This document shows, piece after piece, positions 35,774 through 49,745 of a stretch of DNA of 64,000 nucleotides. Position 1 is the first letter of the stretch. Every line of letters begins with the position of its first letter. The notes beneath the pieces are model-generated. The model saw nothing but the letters and a program-made list of their open reading frames with translations. It made no database searches and was not told the DNA's origin. Source of the stretch: Vitrella brassicaformis CCMP3155 (taxonomy: Eukaryota; Protista; Chromerida); assembly GCA_001179505.1 (NCBI GenBank), contig CDMY01000281.1, positions 1 through 64,000 of the forward strand, written 5' to 3'. Both the position numbers and the translations under genes were made by a program.

Positions 35774-37193
35774 ATGGAGCAGTCCGGGGATAGTGAGCTG
35801 TCGACGCGCGTCTCTGCACTTCTGGCTTTCTGCGACGACCAAGGCGTCGCCTACGATGACCTCCTCACCACTTTGTGTCAGCAAGGTCGGGCAAGAAGGG
35901 CTGCAAGGCAGGCTGCTGAGGCCCCCTTGAAGCGTCTCATCGAGGTGGGCGGCGACGTGATTGAAGTTACTGTGGCGACGTTCTCCCGATTCGCCTTCTT
36001 CGACAATCTCTTTTCTTCGACGTGGAAGGAAGGGAGAGAGCACGTGATATCCATTGCCAGCCCACCAGGTCCGTTGCTACTAAGAGATCCTGTGTCCTTT
36101 TCAAACTACATTGTTTGCTCTCTCATGCAGGCTACGTAGGGACGCCGACCTCTCAGCTGCTGCGGTTCATCGAGGCCCCTGTCACTCCGCTTGGCGAGAT
36201 GCCGCCATCGATCCTCATTGATTTCATCCGCCTCTCATCTTACTTCGGAATGGAGGACGTCGTGAATGAGATCATCAAGGCCATGTGTGTCGCTGTGGTG
36301 GAACGACCGGCAACGCTGCTCAGCACCAGCAACTTCAGGTGTCATGACACGAAATCGCATTCATGTCTCTGATAAGGGTTGTCCCTTGGTGCAGAGCTGG
36401 CCATTTGGATTTTCATTTTCTGCTTCTGATGCTCTGGACATGTCTCGAGGCCGCCCCTCAGAACGGCCTCCATCTGGCGGCGCACTGGGCAAGAGACCTG
36501 ACACTGCAACAGCTCACGAGCCAATCACAGCTGATGAAACTCATCAAGGACCTTTCAGAGCGGCTTCCCTTGCCAATTCTTCTCGATATCGTCAAGTCTT
36601 CCTCCATGCAACCAGCCCTTTCCTTCTGTCTCGGCCCGGTGATCTGCCGCCTCTTTGCTGCAGCCACCGACGAGCTGCGCCAGCTGTCAACGAACTTGGA
36701 TCAGCTAGCAAGAGCGAAGGAGAGCGGCAGCCAAATGGGTGGCAAAGCAAGTGCCACACCGCCAGTCTGGAGGTCGCAGCACGACCCGCCGATGTTCGTC
36801 CGCGAAATCGTTGGGAAACTTGAGAGAATCGAAGCCGCCAACCAGCAATTTCCTGCTTTTCTGTCATCCGCACCATCCCCTTCCCGCATGCAGCCAACCT
36901 ACAACCGCGTGAGCAGCCTCCCTTTGTCTCCGCAGAGCGCCACGGTGTCCGGGCTGACGACTGGGGGCTTGACGGCGGGGATAGTGCCTTACGATCGCGA
37001 TGAGATGGAGGTGTTCCAGCCATTCCTAGGGGGCGGCCGTGGCACCACAAGGAGGTCAGGGGCAAGGGGGTCGAGCGCATCAAGGTGCCCAAGCTCGTCA
37101 CACTCGTCGTCTGCTAGTGTGGTTGGAGAACCAAGCAGGAGCCCCCGCAGCGATCTAAGAAACTCTGTGGTGGCTGAGTTTGGGTGGCCGTGA
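35774..37193 (+). CDS. BTB/POZ-like domain protein with disordered C-terminus
   Basis: IEVGGDVIEVTVATFSRFAFFDNLFS and LLRFI...FIRLSSYFGMEDVVNEI resemble a BTB fold. Three exons join in frame. Confidence 0.6.
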
Positions 37194-37607
37194 GTGATGA
37201 GACAGAAACGAGGGAGATGCCAGTCATTCGTGTGTGCATAATCGTGCACATGTCGATCGGTACGTCATGCATGGGTAACGAATCTGCTTTCGGCTGGGCT
37301 GGAAGCACGGGAGGGCGAAGGGCTCTACTGTACTGACTGCTGCTTTGATTGTCTGTCCATTCACGTGTATGTCTCTGGCTGAGTTGTGCTTGGCGGCTCC
37401 TTTGCGCACCCATCTCTGATGCCAGCATGGTTTGATCTATGCATCCAATGAAGTGGACGGGCAGGCAGGCAGGGCATGCGATGTGTTCACTCAGCGACCA
37501 CTGCTCTGTGTGTATTGGATGGTCATGGAGTCATGAACATTGTAAGAGACGCCAGATGCACACAAGCCACAACTCATAAACCCACGAGTTCAGATACGTA
37601 CACTCGC

Positions 37608-40600
37608 TCATGCTCCTGAGTCCCCGCTGTCGGAGTCATCACCACCTTGTTTTGGCAGCGCCACAGCCGGCCGCCGCTTGCTTGTCGCGTCCATACTCTG
37701 ATCATCTAGCCCACCTACCGACTCGCTCACACTGCCGTATGCGTGAGACACACCGTCCGCAGAACTTGGGGGAAAGCCTTGCTGGTCCTCCTTCAGCATC
37801 GTGAGGACCGCGAGCGATTCGACGGCGTGGTGCATCGATAGCGTGAAGGCTGGACAGAGGAAGCCCAGTTGCGTCCTGACAAACAGTACACCAGACAAAT
37901 CAGGGGACAGGAACTTGACCGTGAATCGCTCACCTAAGCAGAGACGCCGCTTTCTGCTTTCTGTTGCCACTTTTGGCCTCGCCATAGTCAGGGATCTGCG
38001 CCGCAAAGCCCTCCAAGTCCTTCTGCAGCAGCGCATTGGTGAAGTATAGTGAGGGCGCGGCCTCCTGCTCCATCGCTGCGGCGGCCCGTCGCAGCTCCTC
38101 CATCTTCTGCTCGCCCTCTGCCGTATGCAGCCCCTGGCTCTCTGCCCACAGAGCGTCCTGAATCAGCTGGAAGAATTTCCCGCCCTGCTTGTCCTCGGCC
38201 GGGCGAGGAGGGAAGGGCAGAAGCCGTGTGTCGCGCGCTGGCGACACCTGGCGGGAACGGCTGCATATCGATGAGGCAAAGTGGATGAATGAATGATCTG
38301 CGATGTGGCGATGTCTCTTCCATGTGGCGATGTCTCTTCCTTGCCTGGTGGCGTCAAGGAGCTTCTGGGCACGTGTCATGCGGCCTGAGGAGAGAACCAC
38401 ACAACAGCTGACACTGGATGCACTCTTGCACCCCAAACGCATTCGCTTACTCCTCAACCTCCTGATGTTGTCCTTGACGAAATCGCCGGGCATACCGATG
38501 CCGTCACTATTGGCCCTCATCTCCAACATACCTGCATGGCATGGCATGGCATGCATGTGGATGCACACAATCCAGTTTTGCCTCAGGTCAGTGTGCTTCT
38601 CCCCACCGATGTGATCGTTGAAGAGAGACTTGGACTGATTCCACGCGGCCTCGAATTGTTCCACCAGCTCACTCGAAGGCAGCTCAGGGACTCGCGCCTC
38701 TGACAAGAAAGACATACAGTGCGGAATGTGGAAACCATGTGACAGGGCTCATTCTGCGGACCGAGGCACGTGAGGTCGCTATCTACATCGAGAAGGGCAT
38801 CAGCCAGGTGCAGCACCGACACTGTCGGCTTCGCCGCCAACGGCTCACCTGAAGGCAGACAGGCATCCACATGCACGCAAATGCCGTGCCATTCATTTAT
38901 GTGTCTCTGACCCTTCCCCTTGAGGTCGAATATGTGTCTCGCGAGTGCCTCCCGATAGATCTGTAGTGCCCTACTCACTGTCGGCCACTCGGCGTGAGAC
39001 CAGGTGGGCAGGTCGCTCCACAGCTGCTCAGCTGCCACTACAGCACTCGACCGCCGCCGACTCGCCACACTCGCGGCCACGACGCTTGCGCGTCGTTCGG
39101 CCGCGCGTTGGGCAGCGTCAGGCTTGGGTGCTTTGAGGAGGGAAATAGCGAAGGCCAGCTCACGCACATCGCTGCCTGCATTGATGCTCTCATCCTGGGG
39201 ACCTGAGACACGTCAAAGAACAGACCCATGCATGGGTGGTGAGACAAGGGCGGTGGGTGTGGGAGTCTGTGCATCCTTCTGTCTGTGTCACCAGAAGTGA
39301 ACAGGGCAGCGAGGAGTGTGCGGCGCCTGTCGCGCTCGCTGAGCCATGTGGACGACAGCACAGACAGCAACTCGTCCACATCGATTACCTAAGCCACCGC
39401 AAGCACAACACGGGCGCCCAAATACTGTGAGCTGGCCGGCGGCAGCTTACAGTGGTCTTCTCGCCGGCAATGCGCATTGTCGAGCGCACGGCGTCTATCT
39501 GACGACATGCAGTTCAAGGCGGAGACAGACATGTGCACGAGGCCGGCGCACTCACTGACCTTCCGTGTCAGGAGTTGCAGGCCAGCGTCGGAAAGCTTCA
39601 TCCACCTTACACGGGAAGGGCCACAAATGCCATTCGAAAAAATTTGTGTGTGTGCCAGCTCACTTGTGTGAAGATTGGTTGCTCGACATGACTTTAGCGG
39701 CCACCTCTTTGCCGTGCTCAAGCAGCAGGCACGCCTGCAAGCCCACGCACACATGAGATGCAGCCGCACGGGGGACGGACCGATTGCTTCCTCCTTTCCT
39801 GACGTTCTGGCGTGAGGGGAAGAGCTTTCCCTCTTCCCGATCAAGAACCAACGGCTGGATCTCCGCCAGTGCTGAGAGCACAAAGTCGATGAGCCCCACG
39901 GGGGTCTCCTCTAGCATGCCCAGCAATTTCAGGAACAGCCGGACGCGGAGATGGCTGTCCTTGTGAGTGAGGGCATTTGCGATAAGGACGGCCAGCTGCC
40001 TCTCTGTTGCCATGGGCGTCAGCACACGGCATGCAACGAAGTCGATCAGGAAGTCGTGAATGCTTAGCCTGTGAGAACGGGCGAGACACGTGGGTGGTCA
40101 AGGTGAATCGGGATAGGACTTCTGGCTTGTTTACCTGGGGCTGTTCTGTAGGTCTGCGAGGGTGTCTGCGAGGATTTTGTCGAACCACACGGCAGAGATG
40201 ACCTGCACAGACACACAAGACAGGCAATTTATGATATGCCTTTGGATTGCTATGCAAATGAACCGACATCGAGCATCTTCTGCAGCGACCACAGGGGTGT
40301 TGGATTGAGCCAGCTGATGGCTTTGGTGGCGGCGTCTTCGAAGAGGTCCACCTTGGCTGACCCCGGCTTGGCCTTGACCTCCTGCATGCTCCTCTTGTGC
40401 TCTGCCTGCACACCGTCGTCGATCTCCAACTCGCTCACCTGCCATGCCATGCCATGTACACACACATATGACATGCAGACAGCTGACGTGAGACAGGCTT
40501 CTGGGTGACCTGTGTGGCTTTGCATGGCATGCCGTATCCCTCCAGCAGCAGCCGCCTCAGCCGCACAAACGGGCTGAATAAATCATATGCCTCGCTGAAG

Positions 40601-43600
40601 GTCAGGCCATTCTCGATCGCTGCACTCCAAGAGAAAAGGATCTCATTTGCCTGTCTATGTGCCAAGATCACTTGTATGCTTACACTCCAGCCACTGTATT
40701 GACATGTCAACGGGCAGGAGGCGCTGCAGCTGCTCGCGGAGCAGAATCACCACACGACGAACCACCGAGAACCTGATTGATAGACGCAACCGACGGAGGG
40801 CGAATGCCAGCCGGTTGTACAGCTCTCTCTCTCTACTCACCCGAGCAGTCGTGCCTTGTCGTCTCCTTTGAGCCTCTTGAAGAGCTCTTCTGTCTCGCCC
40901 AGGTCGTCTTCCCGCGCCTGATCCACTCGAGACAGACCTGCACGAATGCCGAGACCACAACAGCTGGCTGGCCCTGTGTGATTGGCACCTTAGGTACCCG
41001 TGGAGACGAAGCGCACCAGGAGACAAACCTAAGATGGACAAGGAGACGTGAGTGTCGCTGGTTGGCTTTGTATGCCTTGTTGCGTCTTTGTACCTCCTGC
41101 AGGATGGCGTCGATCATTCCGCGTGACAAGCCTACAGAGAGAAACCAGTGACCTCCCGGATGGTGCATGTGTTTGTGTTTCCCTACCGTGGTTGTATTGC
41201 GACTCGAGCTGTGTGCGGAGGTTGTGAATCATCTCCCGTGTGAGTGCGAAACGGGGGTACACGATCTGCACCACGTCCCGCAGCCTGGTGCAAAGCTCCT
41301 CAAAATCGTCACTCGCCAGGATGCCGTCCTCGTCGTCATCAAACCTGAATGCACACCAAACCCATCGATGTTTGGTCGTTAGTCATCTGGCTGGCTGGCT
41401 GGCTGGCTGACTTTTGGAAGATTTGCAGTCCAATGGAATCGAGAAGGTCCCTCGCATCATCAAAACTGTGAATTGTAATATAGGTACGAGAGACAGTGAT
41501 ACATATGTGTCTGGAAGGGTCTGCGCCGCTGCTTTCTCACATGGGCGGTCGGGGCCACTGCATGTCGGTCAGCAGCTTGCGCATGATGCGGACGTCACAC
41601 CTGGACGAGAAGGCACAGACGGCATCTATTGGTGCGCATCGGCATATCTTATGTCTGTCTGCCGGATTGGATTGCCAGCTCGCCTCGACACGAAGTCCCT
41701 GAGAAGGGTCTTTGAGCTGCCGATCTCTTTGACCTCCAGCTCAGTCAGAAAGTCGGTCAGATACTTCATCTCGTACCCCTCACCTGCACGGCCACAACAG
41801 TACTGACCATGGGTGGGTTGGCAGGCGGCCAGGTGAGGTGAGCCTTCCTTCGCCGCACTCACATCTCCTCCACAGCTGGACTGCGTCGGCCTCTAGCACC
41901 TTGACCCTCTCGTCGATTGACGGCATGTGCCACTCGCTCACCGCACTCATCAACTTGCCCGTTGCTGAGACACAACACAACCACACATAAGCGCCGAGGA
42001 AAGCTGTGGCCTGCCGACCGTGTTGCAGTCCAGGGTGCCTCAGCTGCACGCCTTTCTTCCTCAGGATCTCCCTCATCTGATACTTGTCGAAGTGGGCTTT
42101 TTCGATCGCTGCCGGAGCCGCGGCCATCCCGGCATCGGCTGCCAGAGGGGGCGTCTTTCCACTTCGGTGTGTCTCGCGCTCCTCAGCGTGTTCGGTTTCC
42201 TCTTCGTCTTCGTCATAGACCTTAGCTGCACCAGCAGCAGTAGCACAGAGGGAGCGACAGACTCACATCGTCCCACCATCTATGTCTGTCACAGTGTGTC
42301 TGCTTCCCTGCCTCCCACCTTTGCTCAGCTCCGTCATGAGTGTGTCGATGCGCGAAGAGACAGACTCCAAATGCATCGTCATCTGCAGACAGCCAGACGA
42401 CAGCACACACGTACACACACGTGAGAGGGAACGAATGTGCTTTTGCCGTCGTGGTTTGGTACCTTCTTGGTGAGTCTGGTGCTCTGCTGTGTCACGTTGG
42501 CGAAGCTGAGCTTCTCAGGAGCCTCAAAGTCGTCATTGCCGAACACCGCTCCCTCGCCAGCCTGACTGACGGTGACTGACGTGCCAACGTCGCCCACGAC
42601 GATCGACCGCTGGCTGGGCTCCTCAGTGAAGACCAAGGAATCTTCCTGAAGGCCAACGCAGATGTGCACACACACAAAGAAGTTGTTGTGTGGTGTGGGT
42701 GTCCGGGTGCGGCGCCTCTCACGTCTGGCTCAGGCAATCGTAAGCTTCGTTTGGCCGATGCCTGGCCGACCAGGTCGCCACTCTTCCGGCTGCTTCTGTG
42801 GCTGCTGGCCATGTCATCTTGCTGAGCCAGGGAGCCCCACTCCTCGCCACTCGGCATGGGGAACGACATCGACACGGCCCCATCACCAAAGCCCTCGGCA
42901 GCAGCAGCGTCCATCGCCGAAGAGAACAGCACCGACCGGCGCTCCTTTCCTTTGGCCTTGCCCTTGGAGGAGGACTGCATGACCGACTTGCCGGGTGTGG
43001 GCGGCTGCTGCTGTTGCTCCTGCCGCTGCTGCTGTGAGACGGGTGTGAGTGGGGGTGAGGGGGGAGGGAGGGGTGCAGAGAGGTGAGGCTCGGCACCTGA
43101 CGCCGGAGACACTGGGAAAGAGACACAAATTGATCCGATGTGCGTCGCAAGTCTCGCATGCGTGTGCATTGTACGGTCGTCTTCAGGCGGCACGGATGTG
43201 GTGGTGAGCCTGCTCTCCAGGTACTCGCAGTACTGCACCGACGTGTCAAGAAGGGCATCGTACTGCTGCAGGATGCTCAGGCTCAGCTGTGCCAGCTCGC
43301 CAACCACCCGGCCGCGTTCTCGATCGTGGGCAGTCACCTGACGCTTCAACTCCTGATCGAACAATCATGTCGAGACAACGTGAAAACGCTTTTCTGTATC
43401 GCCGTGCTTTCTCTCTGGCACACTCACCCCAAAAACGCCCATCTGCAGTGTCTCAAACTGCTGCAAGTACTCTGCCGCCCCCTTGAGCTCGGCAAGCGAG
43501 ACCCCACTGGCGTCATTGGTATCCATGGCCTCCTGCAGTGACGGCACTTGGGGCGCGTTGTTCTCGAGGGCGGTCCGCCACAAGCGCAGAACACGCCGTA

Positions 43601-45226
43601 GCATTACTGCATCCTCTCTGACCAATACATGGGCGGCAGATGAGACACACATCGTAGAGGATGGGCACCTACCTGGTAGCTATGAGCCGCGACCGATCTG
43701 TGGCAGGCTTGGAAGGGGGAGGCCACTTCAACGACCTGAGAGGATGATCGATGATCGACCCGTGCATTACGGCTTTCCCATCCCTCTTGCCTCATATGTG
43801 CCTTACATGGCTCCAGGGAGGGCCATTGCGGGCGCGTGAATGCCCAACACATCAGGGAGCGTCTTCATGTGCCGCTCAACGGTCAGGTGGGAGAGGCCCT
43901 GCAGCAGCACATGTCTCAGGAACTCGGATGGTATCCCCGATATCTCGTCCTTCCTGTCGACGATCATGCCGGCCTTCTCGTCCTCTTCTGGCCGGCCTGC
44001 TTGGTCTCCCTTTGCCTCTTGTGGGGGCTGGAATGCATTCTGTAGGGGCGGGGAGAAGAAAGATGACAGCACGGTGGGCGGCAGGGGAGGGAACCTGACA
44101 CACGTGCGGATGGAGAAGGAAACGAACAGAGAATTTCTTGCCTTCTTGCGGCATTCGTGTGTGTGCGTGTGTGCGTGTGTGTGTCTATGTGTGTGCTTAC
44201 CTACGTACCGTTCGGGTGCCGCAACGAATCTGTGACGGCGCTGCATCAGACCTCTGTGGACGGGACTGACCAGCGTCTTCTCCGACTGACTCAGCCGCAT
44301 CGTCCTGCCGCCAGCACCACTGTCGTCACTCTCACTGCGCGACCCACAGCCACGCCCGGCGGCTCCCCTGATGGCCTGCAGCCCTCGGGATCGTTTGCGC
44401 TTTCGTGTCGAGGAGAACGACCCCGAGGGGCTGCCGAAGGTGAGAACGTACTCACACTGCACACAGGACGATCGATGTGTCCATGAGAGAGACATGGGGC
44501 AGTGGTTGGTTGTGCCTTAAGCATTCTCACTCACTTCTGACTGATGGGCGCTGGGATGAGAGTCGACTTTGAGGGATGCGATGAGGGGACAGCCGCCGAA
44601 TCGGACGATGCTCCCCTCCTGCCGAATGAGGGCATTAACGTCTCCCGACTCATTTCAAGGTCGTGTCACACTGCTACGCTCTTACCTTGAGAGGCCACGG
44701 GCTGTGGGGCTCCAGGCGATAGCCATCGACGTATGTCCCATTGGCTGCCACGATGCGTCCAACGGCGCAGAGACACCACACCAGTGTCACGTGTATATGT
44801 GCCGACTCGATCCATCCATCCCTCCATCACCTGATGCCAGATCCATTATCTCGCCGATGAAGCCCTGCTCGTCCGGCCACGGAAGCACCCTTATGAAGGC
44901 GTGCGTCACACTCACAGACCAATGCGCCAGAGCCACGCACCCCGCGGGACGCTGCTTGGGAGGAAATGGCAGGCTTCGCCCAACAGTGACTGACACAGAG
45001 GGAGGAGAAAAGGATACACATCCATTGGCACATCCATGTATGTATTCATGCGTCCATCGTCCATACCGCCGGAGAAGTCATGCAATGGGAGAGTGAGAAC
45101 GGGCTGAGCCTCCTCCCTCTCGACGCCTGCCGGAGAGCGGGACGCGGCAAACTCTCGCGGATCCCACCGACGAAACTCCAACATCACTGCCATGGATGAT
45201 GAATTGTCAACTCGAGAAAAGGTCAT
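37608..45226 (-). CDS. Very large multi-exon coiled-coil/helical protein with a dynein light chain p28-like segment, probably flagellar
   Basis: FDQELKRQVTAHDRERGRVV resembles the p28 FDELIRQVTINCAERG motif. C-terminal helical exons RVRLFLKLLG, IDVDELL, VEQFEAAW. Whether this is one gene, and its start, are uncertain. Confidence 0.55.
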
Positions 45227-45253
45227 GCATGCCACTGCATGCGGCCCCTGCGA

Positions 45254-45263
45254 GCGAGCTTGA
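45254..45263 (+). promoter_or_regulatory. GCGAGCTT(G) candidate promoter element
   Basis: Between divergent ATGs at about 45226 and 45344. Confidence 0.55.
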
Positions 45264-45343
45264 GGCCCCCCGTCTCAAACTGGCGCGGAGCCGGGTTTCT
45301 CCTCATTCAGGCGGCTGGGGGGATCAAAAGAGCGCACCGAAGC

Positions 45344-46815
45344 ATGGGTGACAGTTTGGATGAGAACTTCAGCCTCACAGACGACAAGTCGTCAAAGATC
45401 TCTGCCCTCGCAAGGCTGCTCAAGAGGAAGAGGGCGGCCGCGGCCACAAACACTCATGGTGATGGCGTAGCCAGGCCGAAGAAGGCGACAAAGAAGAAGA
45501 GAAAGAGCAAGGAGGAGGCCGACGAGAGGACAAGCTCGGGAGTGGCGCCTCCACAAATGGGATTCAAGGCATTCCTGCGGACACGTGAGGAACGGGTGAA
45601 GTGAACGGACTCATCGATGAATCATGTCTGAATGCGCGTTTGTCTGTATGTGCAGTGTCACCTGGGGACTGCCGGACCCCTGAGGATCAGCAACAGCTGC
45701 TCGAAAGGTAGGTTGCGCAGCCAGCCAAGGGGAAACGCAGAGGCTCATTCTCATTCGTTGCTCTGTCACATTCGCGTATGCCATGCCAATCAGGTGCATC
45801 GACGGGCCGCCACACACCGACAACAGTGAAGAAGCACCAGGCGATGAAGCGGCTGCCAAGACCAAACAACACATACGTGAGAGAGGGAAGGCACACAAGG
45901 CACGCACATCCATCCCTGCGCACCCATTCGATTGAGCCTGTTCTCACTTGTGTGTGTGTGCCTGCAGTGGCTGGCGTGTCCTTTCTCGACCACTCCTCCC
46001 TCCCCCCTCCTCCCTCCTCCGGCCATCTCCCATATATCCCCCTCTGCGTCGAGGCAGCAGACATCGATCTCTCCTCACCCCAGCCTCCCGGTGGGCCTGG
46101 TGTGATGGTGCTTGTTCTCACACACGCAGCCGCGCGGGCACATGACATCTCCCAGTAAGTAGGTGACGCGAAAATGTCTGTCGGATGAGTGCGGGTGTCT
46201 GATAACTATGGATGCGATACATGTTGTCATGTGTACAGGTGGATATCGGTGCATGGCCTGGGCAAAGAGGGTGGTGATATTGGCAATGCGGTGCGGACGG
46301 CTCTCCTGTGCTCGTATGGAGGCGGGCGGAAAAAGGAACAGGTAGCGCAAGCAAAGAGCTCGGATGGACACAAACAACATTGGTATTTCCTTTCGTCTCA
46401 GCTGGACCGCCATCGAGATGACATCCTCAACCCGAAGACGCTTGTAGCGGTGACGAACTGAACGCACGGCGTTCATTGCAAGGGACGACCTTGTGCGGCC
46501 GGCTTTTGTGCAGGTGGGTGTTCCCGGCCGAGTGAAGAGGGTGCTGGAGCAGGGCGTGTTCCGTTTCCGTCGAGGCTGCTCACCTCTGGTGCTGGTCGAC
46601 ATGCAGCCCAACGTCAAGTCAATGAACCTACTCACACTGCCCGAAACTAGGTTGGTGTGAGTGAAGATACAAGGAGACTGCCTGTGTGGCTCTTGTCAAT
46701 TGTCTGTGCGTGTGCGTGTGCGTGTCTGTGCAGGCGTGATCTGGTGGCGCTGCTAGAGGTCTTGACAGCGGAGAGGGAAAGGGCAGCTGGGCCGCTCAAC
46801 CTAGCCTTCTTCTGA
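45344..46815 (+). CDS. CMS1/CMSS1-like 90S pre-ribosome protein
   Basis: Lys-rich N-terminus, then PGVMVLVLTHAAARAHDI, KKEQVAQ, QVGVPGRVKRVLE, LVLVDMQPNVKSMNLLTLPET (helicase-like half domain). Confidence 0.6.
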
Positions 46816-47051
46816 TAGTGATGGTGTAGGTGTGCCGTGTGTGTGTTGACGAATGCGAGATGCTGGCTGGGCTCACAGAGGGGTTGTGCATGTGGATAGA
46901 GTAACCAATGATACGACGTTCACATCCCATAAAGCTCCATTTAGCAGGCCTTCCCTTTCGTCATTGCATCGACTGTCTTGCACTCTCTCTCAAAAGCAAC
47001 ACACTCCCCGAGAAAATAAAAATCCCCCTCTGCCATGGAAGCGGAGGGCCC

Positions 47052-48714
47052 TCACCGTTCCTTTTTGCCCTCATGCGGCTCACTCGGGCGTGGACCATCC
47101 AGTGGAAGCAAAAGCGGTATGTACAGCAACAGTGACGCGAACAATAGACAGCCATAGACATGCTGCACACAACATACACACGGCAAGCATGACATGGTGA
47201 GATCGTCGTTTCTTGTGTTCTCTCTCTGTGCGTGCGCTGACTGACAGGGAGAGATGTGGCAGCGGCCAGATGCCTCAATTGCGGGGCCACAAGTGACGAG
47301 ACGACCCCCACAATAAAGGACGATGTACCAAACACACGCGAGAAGGACGGCAGACCGAAGAGCGCCGCCACCATGGCATAGGTCATCGACCCAACACACG
47401 GACGACACACTGCACAACACACACACACACACACACATACTTGACACCGCACTCCGATCACCATGTGCGCCTGGTACTATGACACAATGTGCGTGTCTGC
47501 CCGCTGCATACCGGCATAGACGCCGACAGAAACCCACTGGAGGGCGAGAGACCGCGTTCTCGACAGGAGCAGCAGCAGTGCAATCCCACAATTCAACACG
47601 ACGAGGCCGGTCTTCAGCCCCATTCTCACTAAAAGCAACCCAAAAAGTGGATTCAGAAATGGGCCCGCGGGAATGATCAGCCCAGAGCTGGTCGACAGCC
47701 GTCGATCAAGGTCTCCCAACTCCACAAGCCAGTCCTGCAGAGAGCCAGCAAGTCGAGCCACGATGCACTTGCCTGGCATGTGGGGCCTTCTGCCAATTCT
47801 CACTTGATAGGTCGACAGCCAGAAGACACAGGTGGTGAGGCCACAGGCGGGGAAGACGGCCATGAACCAAAAGTGGTGACTCCCCAGCAGCTGCCTGTAC
47901 GGTATCTTCTTCTCCGCCTCGTCTCTCTCCTTCTTGCTCGCACCAAGAGCCTGACAGGGTCGGTCGGGCATTACCACAGCGGCGTTGACGGCCAGGAGCG
48001 CCTCGACGCACATCCATACACGCAGCAGCAAAGATGGCGGCACGCCAAGCGACCCACTGATAATGTTCATCATCACAAAGACCTGACGGCAAGGAAAGCA
48101 AAGATACGTGCTATCCAGTCCATTCTCATCCTCAATCTCACCAGGGAGCCGATTGCAAAAAGAGCCGAGAAGCTCGTGACCGCCAGCCGCCTCCAGATAG
48201 GCGGCAGCACATTGGACGAGTGCACCGACGACGTCTGAGCCATTGTGCCGCTGAGAGAGAGAAGCGAATAAGCCACACTGAACCAGTCGATCGACAGCGG
48301 CCCAAAAGAAACAGGCGGCCAGGAGGACGACGAAGTGATGTTCGACGAGAGCACCAACAGTGCCAAAGCCGACATGCTGAGCGAGACGACGTTCGTCCAC
48401 CGTGGCCCAGCCACGTCCATCAAGGCTGCTCCCACAACATAGCCAGCAGTAGAGAACCCAAAGGCAGTCGAGTAGATGCTGACGAGCTTTGCTGACCGGG
48501 CCTCGCACATCAGTCCATCAGCAGGCGAGCACAGATGTCGAAAGAGTCCCTCCCGCTCGATGATCAATTTCATCCCGCTCCATCCGTGAAATATCCCCGA
48601 GCAGCAGAGGCTGTGAAGGCAGCAGCTGCCGTAGATGTGCAGTCGCCTTGCCAGCGTCGTCGGTGGGGTCATGCCGTCAGGGGGGCTCTGCTCACCGCCC
48701 TTGTCACCGCCCAT
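47052..48714 (-). CDS. MFS amino-acid transporter, LAT3/SLC43/ApiAT-like
   Basis: SGIFHGWSGMKLIIEREGLFRHLC, GAALMDVAGPR, about 12 hydrophobic segments, YAMVAALFGLPSFSRVFG. Confidence 0.75.
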
Positions 48715-48855
48715 ACGAGCCGATGGCTGCTGAAACTGGATTGCTGTTGGTAGGTAAACGGGGATGGGCGTCAATGTCAGTGGTTCCCTTCGTCGATAAC
48801 ACACAAGGTCTGCGCACCTCTCTCCCTTTTTTCCCCTTTCCTCCCCCGTTCACCT

Positions 48856-48865
48856 GCGAGCTTGA
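48856..48865 (+). promoter_or_regulatory. GCGAGCTT(G) candidate promoter element
   Basis: About 140 bp upstream of the minus-strand ATG at 48714. Confidence 0.5.
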
Positions 48866-49574
48866 ATCCCTGAGGCGAACTTTCCCTCCTGTGTGGTTAG
48901 TCCCAGCTTGTTTCTCTTCTCAGACGTCTGGGGGTGTATCCATGAAGCATTGATATCATAAATTGGCAAAATAAATGTGTCAGCTTCGCAAACGACGGCA
49001 ATTCGATCCTCACTCGATCGCTCCTTTCTCACTGACAAAGCGTCGCATTTGGAAGGGTTTGAGGCCTTCCACAGGCTTCATTCGATGCAGTGCAATTCGG
49101 GCAGCTGTCAAATCCCGCGTTGCACCGATGCGTGAAACACCGGACTCACTTGCGGTGTCTGTCAGGTGTCTGTCTGTGTGCAATTCCTACTGTGAATATG
49201 CATATGAATGATGCAGTGCATTCAATGGCACAGATAGTCCACGCGCACTGCATGCGCACACAAATCTCGCCATTCTCATGTGCACTGTTCGCATAAAGGC
49301 ACAACCGTCGTGCATTGAGGAAGCTCAGCACACTCAACAAAAGTGCTTGTGGGTTGGGGCACTCTCGTTGCCCCAACCCACTGTGGCAGAAAAGACAGCG
49401 CCTCCATACATGGACACAGCGAGTGACTGAGTGCCCTATCTACCCATCACACACACCCAAACGACGCCTCCCTCACGCACACATGCATCATGTACCAGTC
49501 GGAGCAACACACACGACACACTCAATCAATATCGATATTGAGCATCAATAGCATGTGATCGAGCAGACGAATGG

Positions 49575-49745
49575 ATAAATAGTACGTAGTGGACATGCGT
49601 ATACACATACAGTCAGTATACATATGCATGTGTACGTACGTGTACGTACGTGTATGTATGTATGTGTGTTTGTACGTATATGTATGTATGTATACGGATG
49701 TATGTATACAAATACGTATATATGTATAACACACATATATATTGA
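49575..49745. repeat. AT-rich compound microsatellite (TATG/TACG/TA/CA)
   Basis: gtacgtacgtgtacgtacgtgtatgtatgtatgtg...tatatatgtataacacacatatat stands out from the GC-rich background. Confidence 0.85.
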
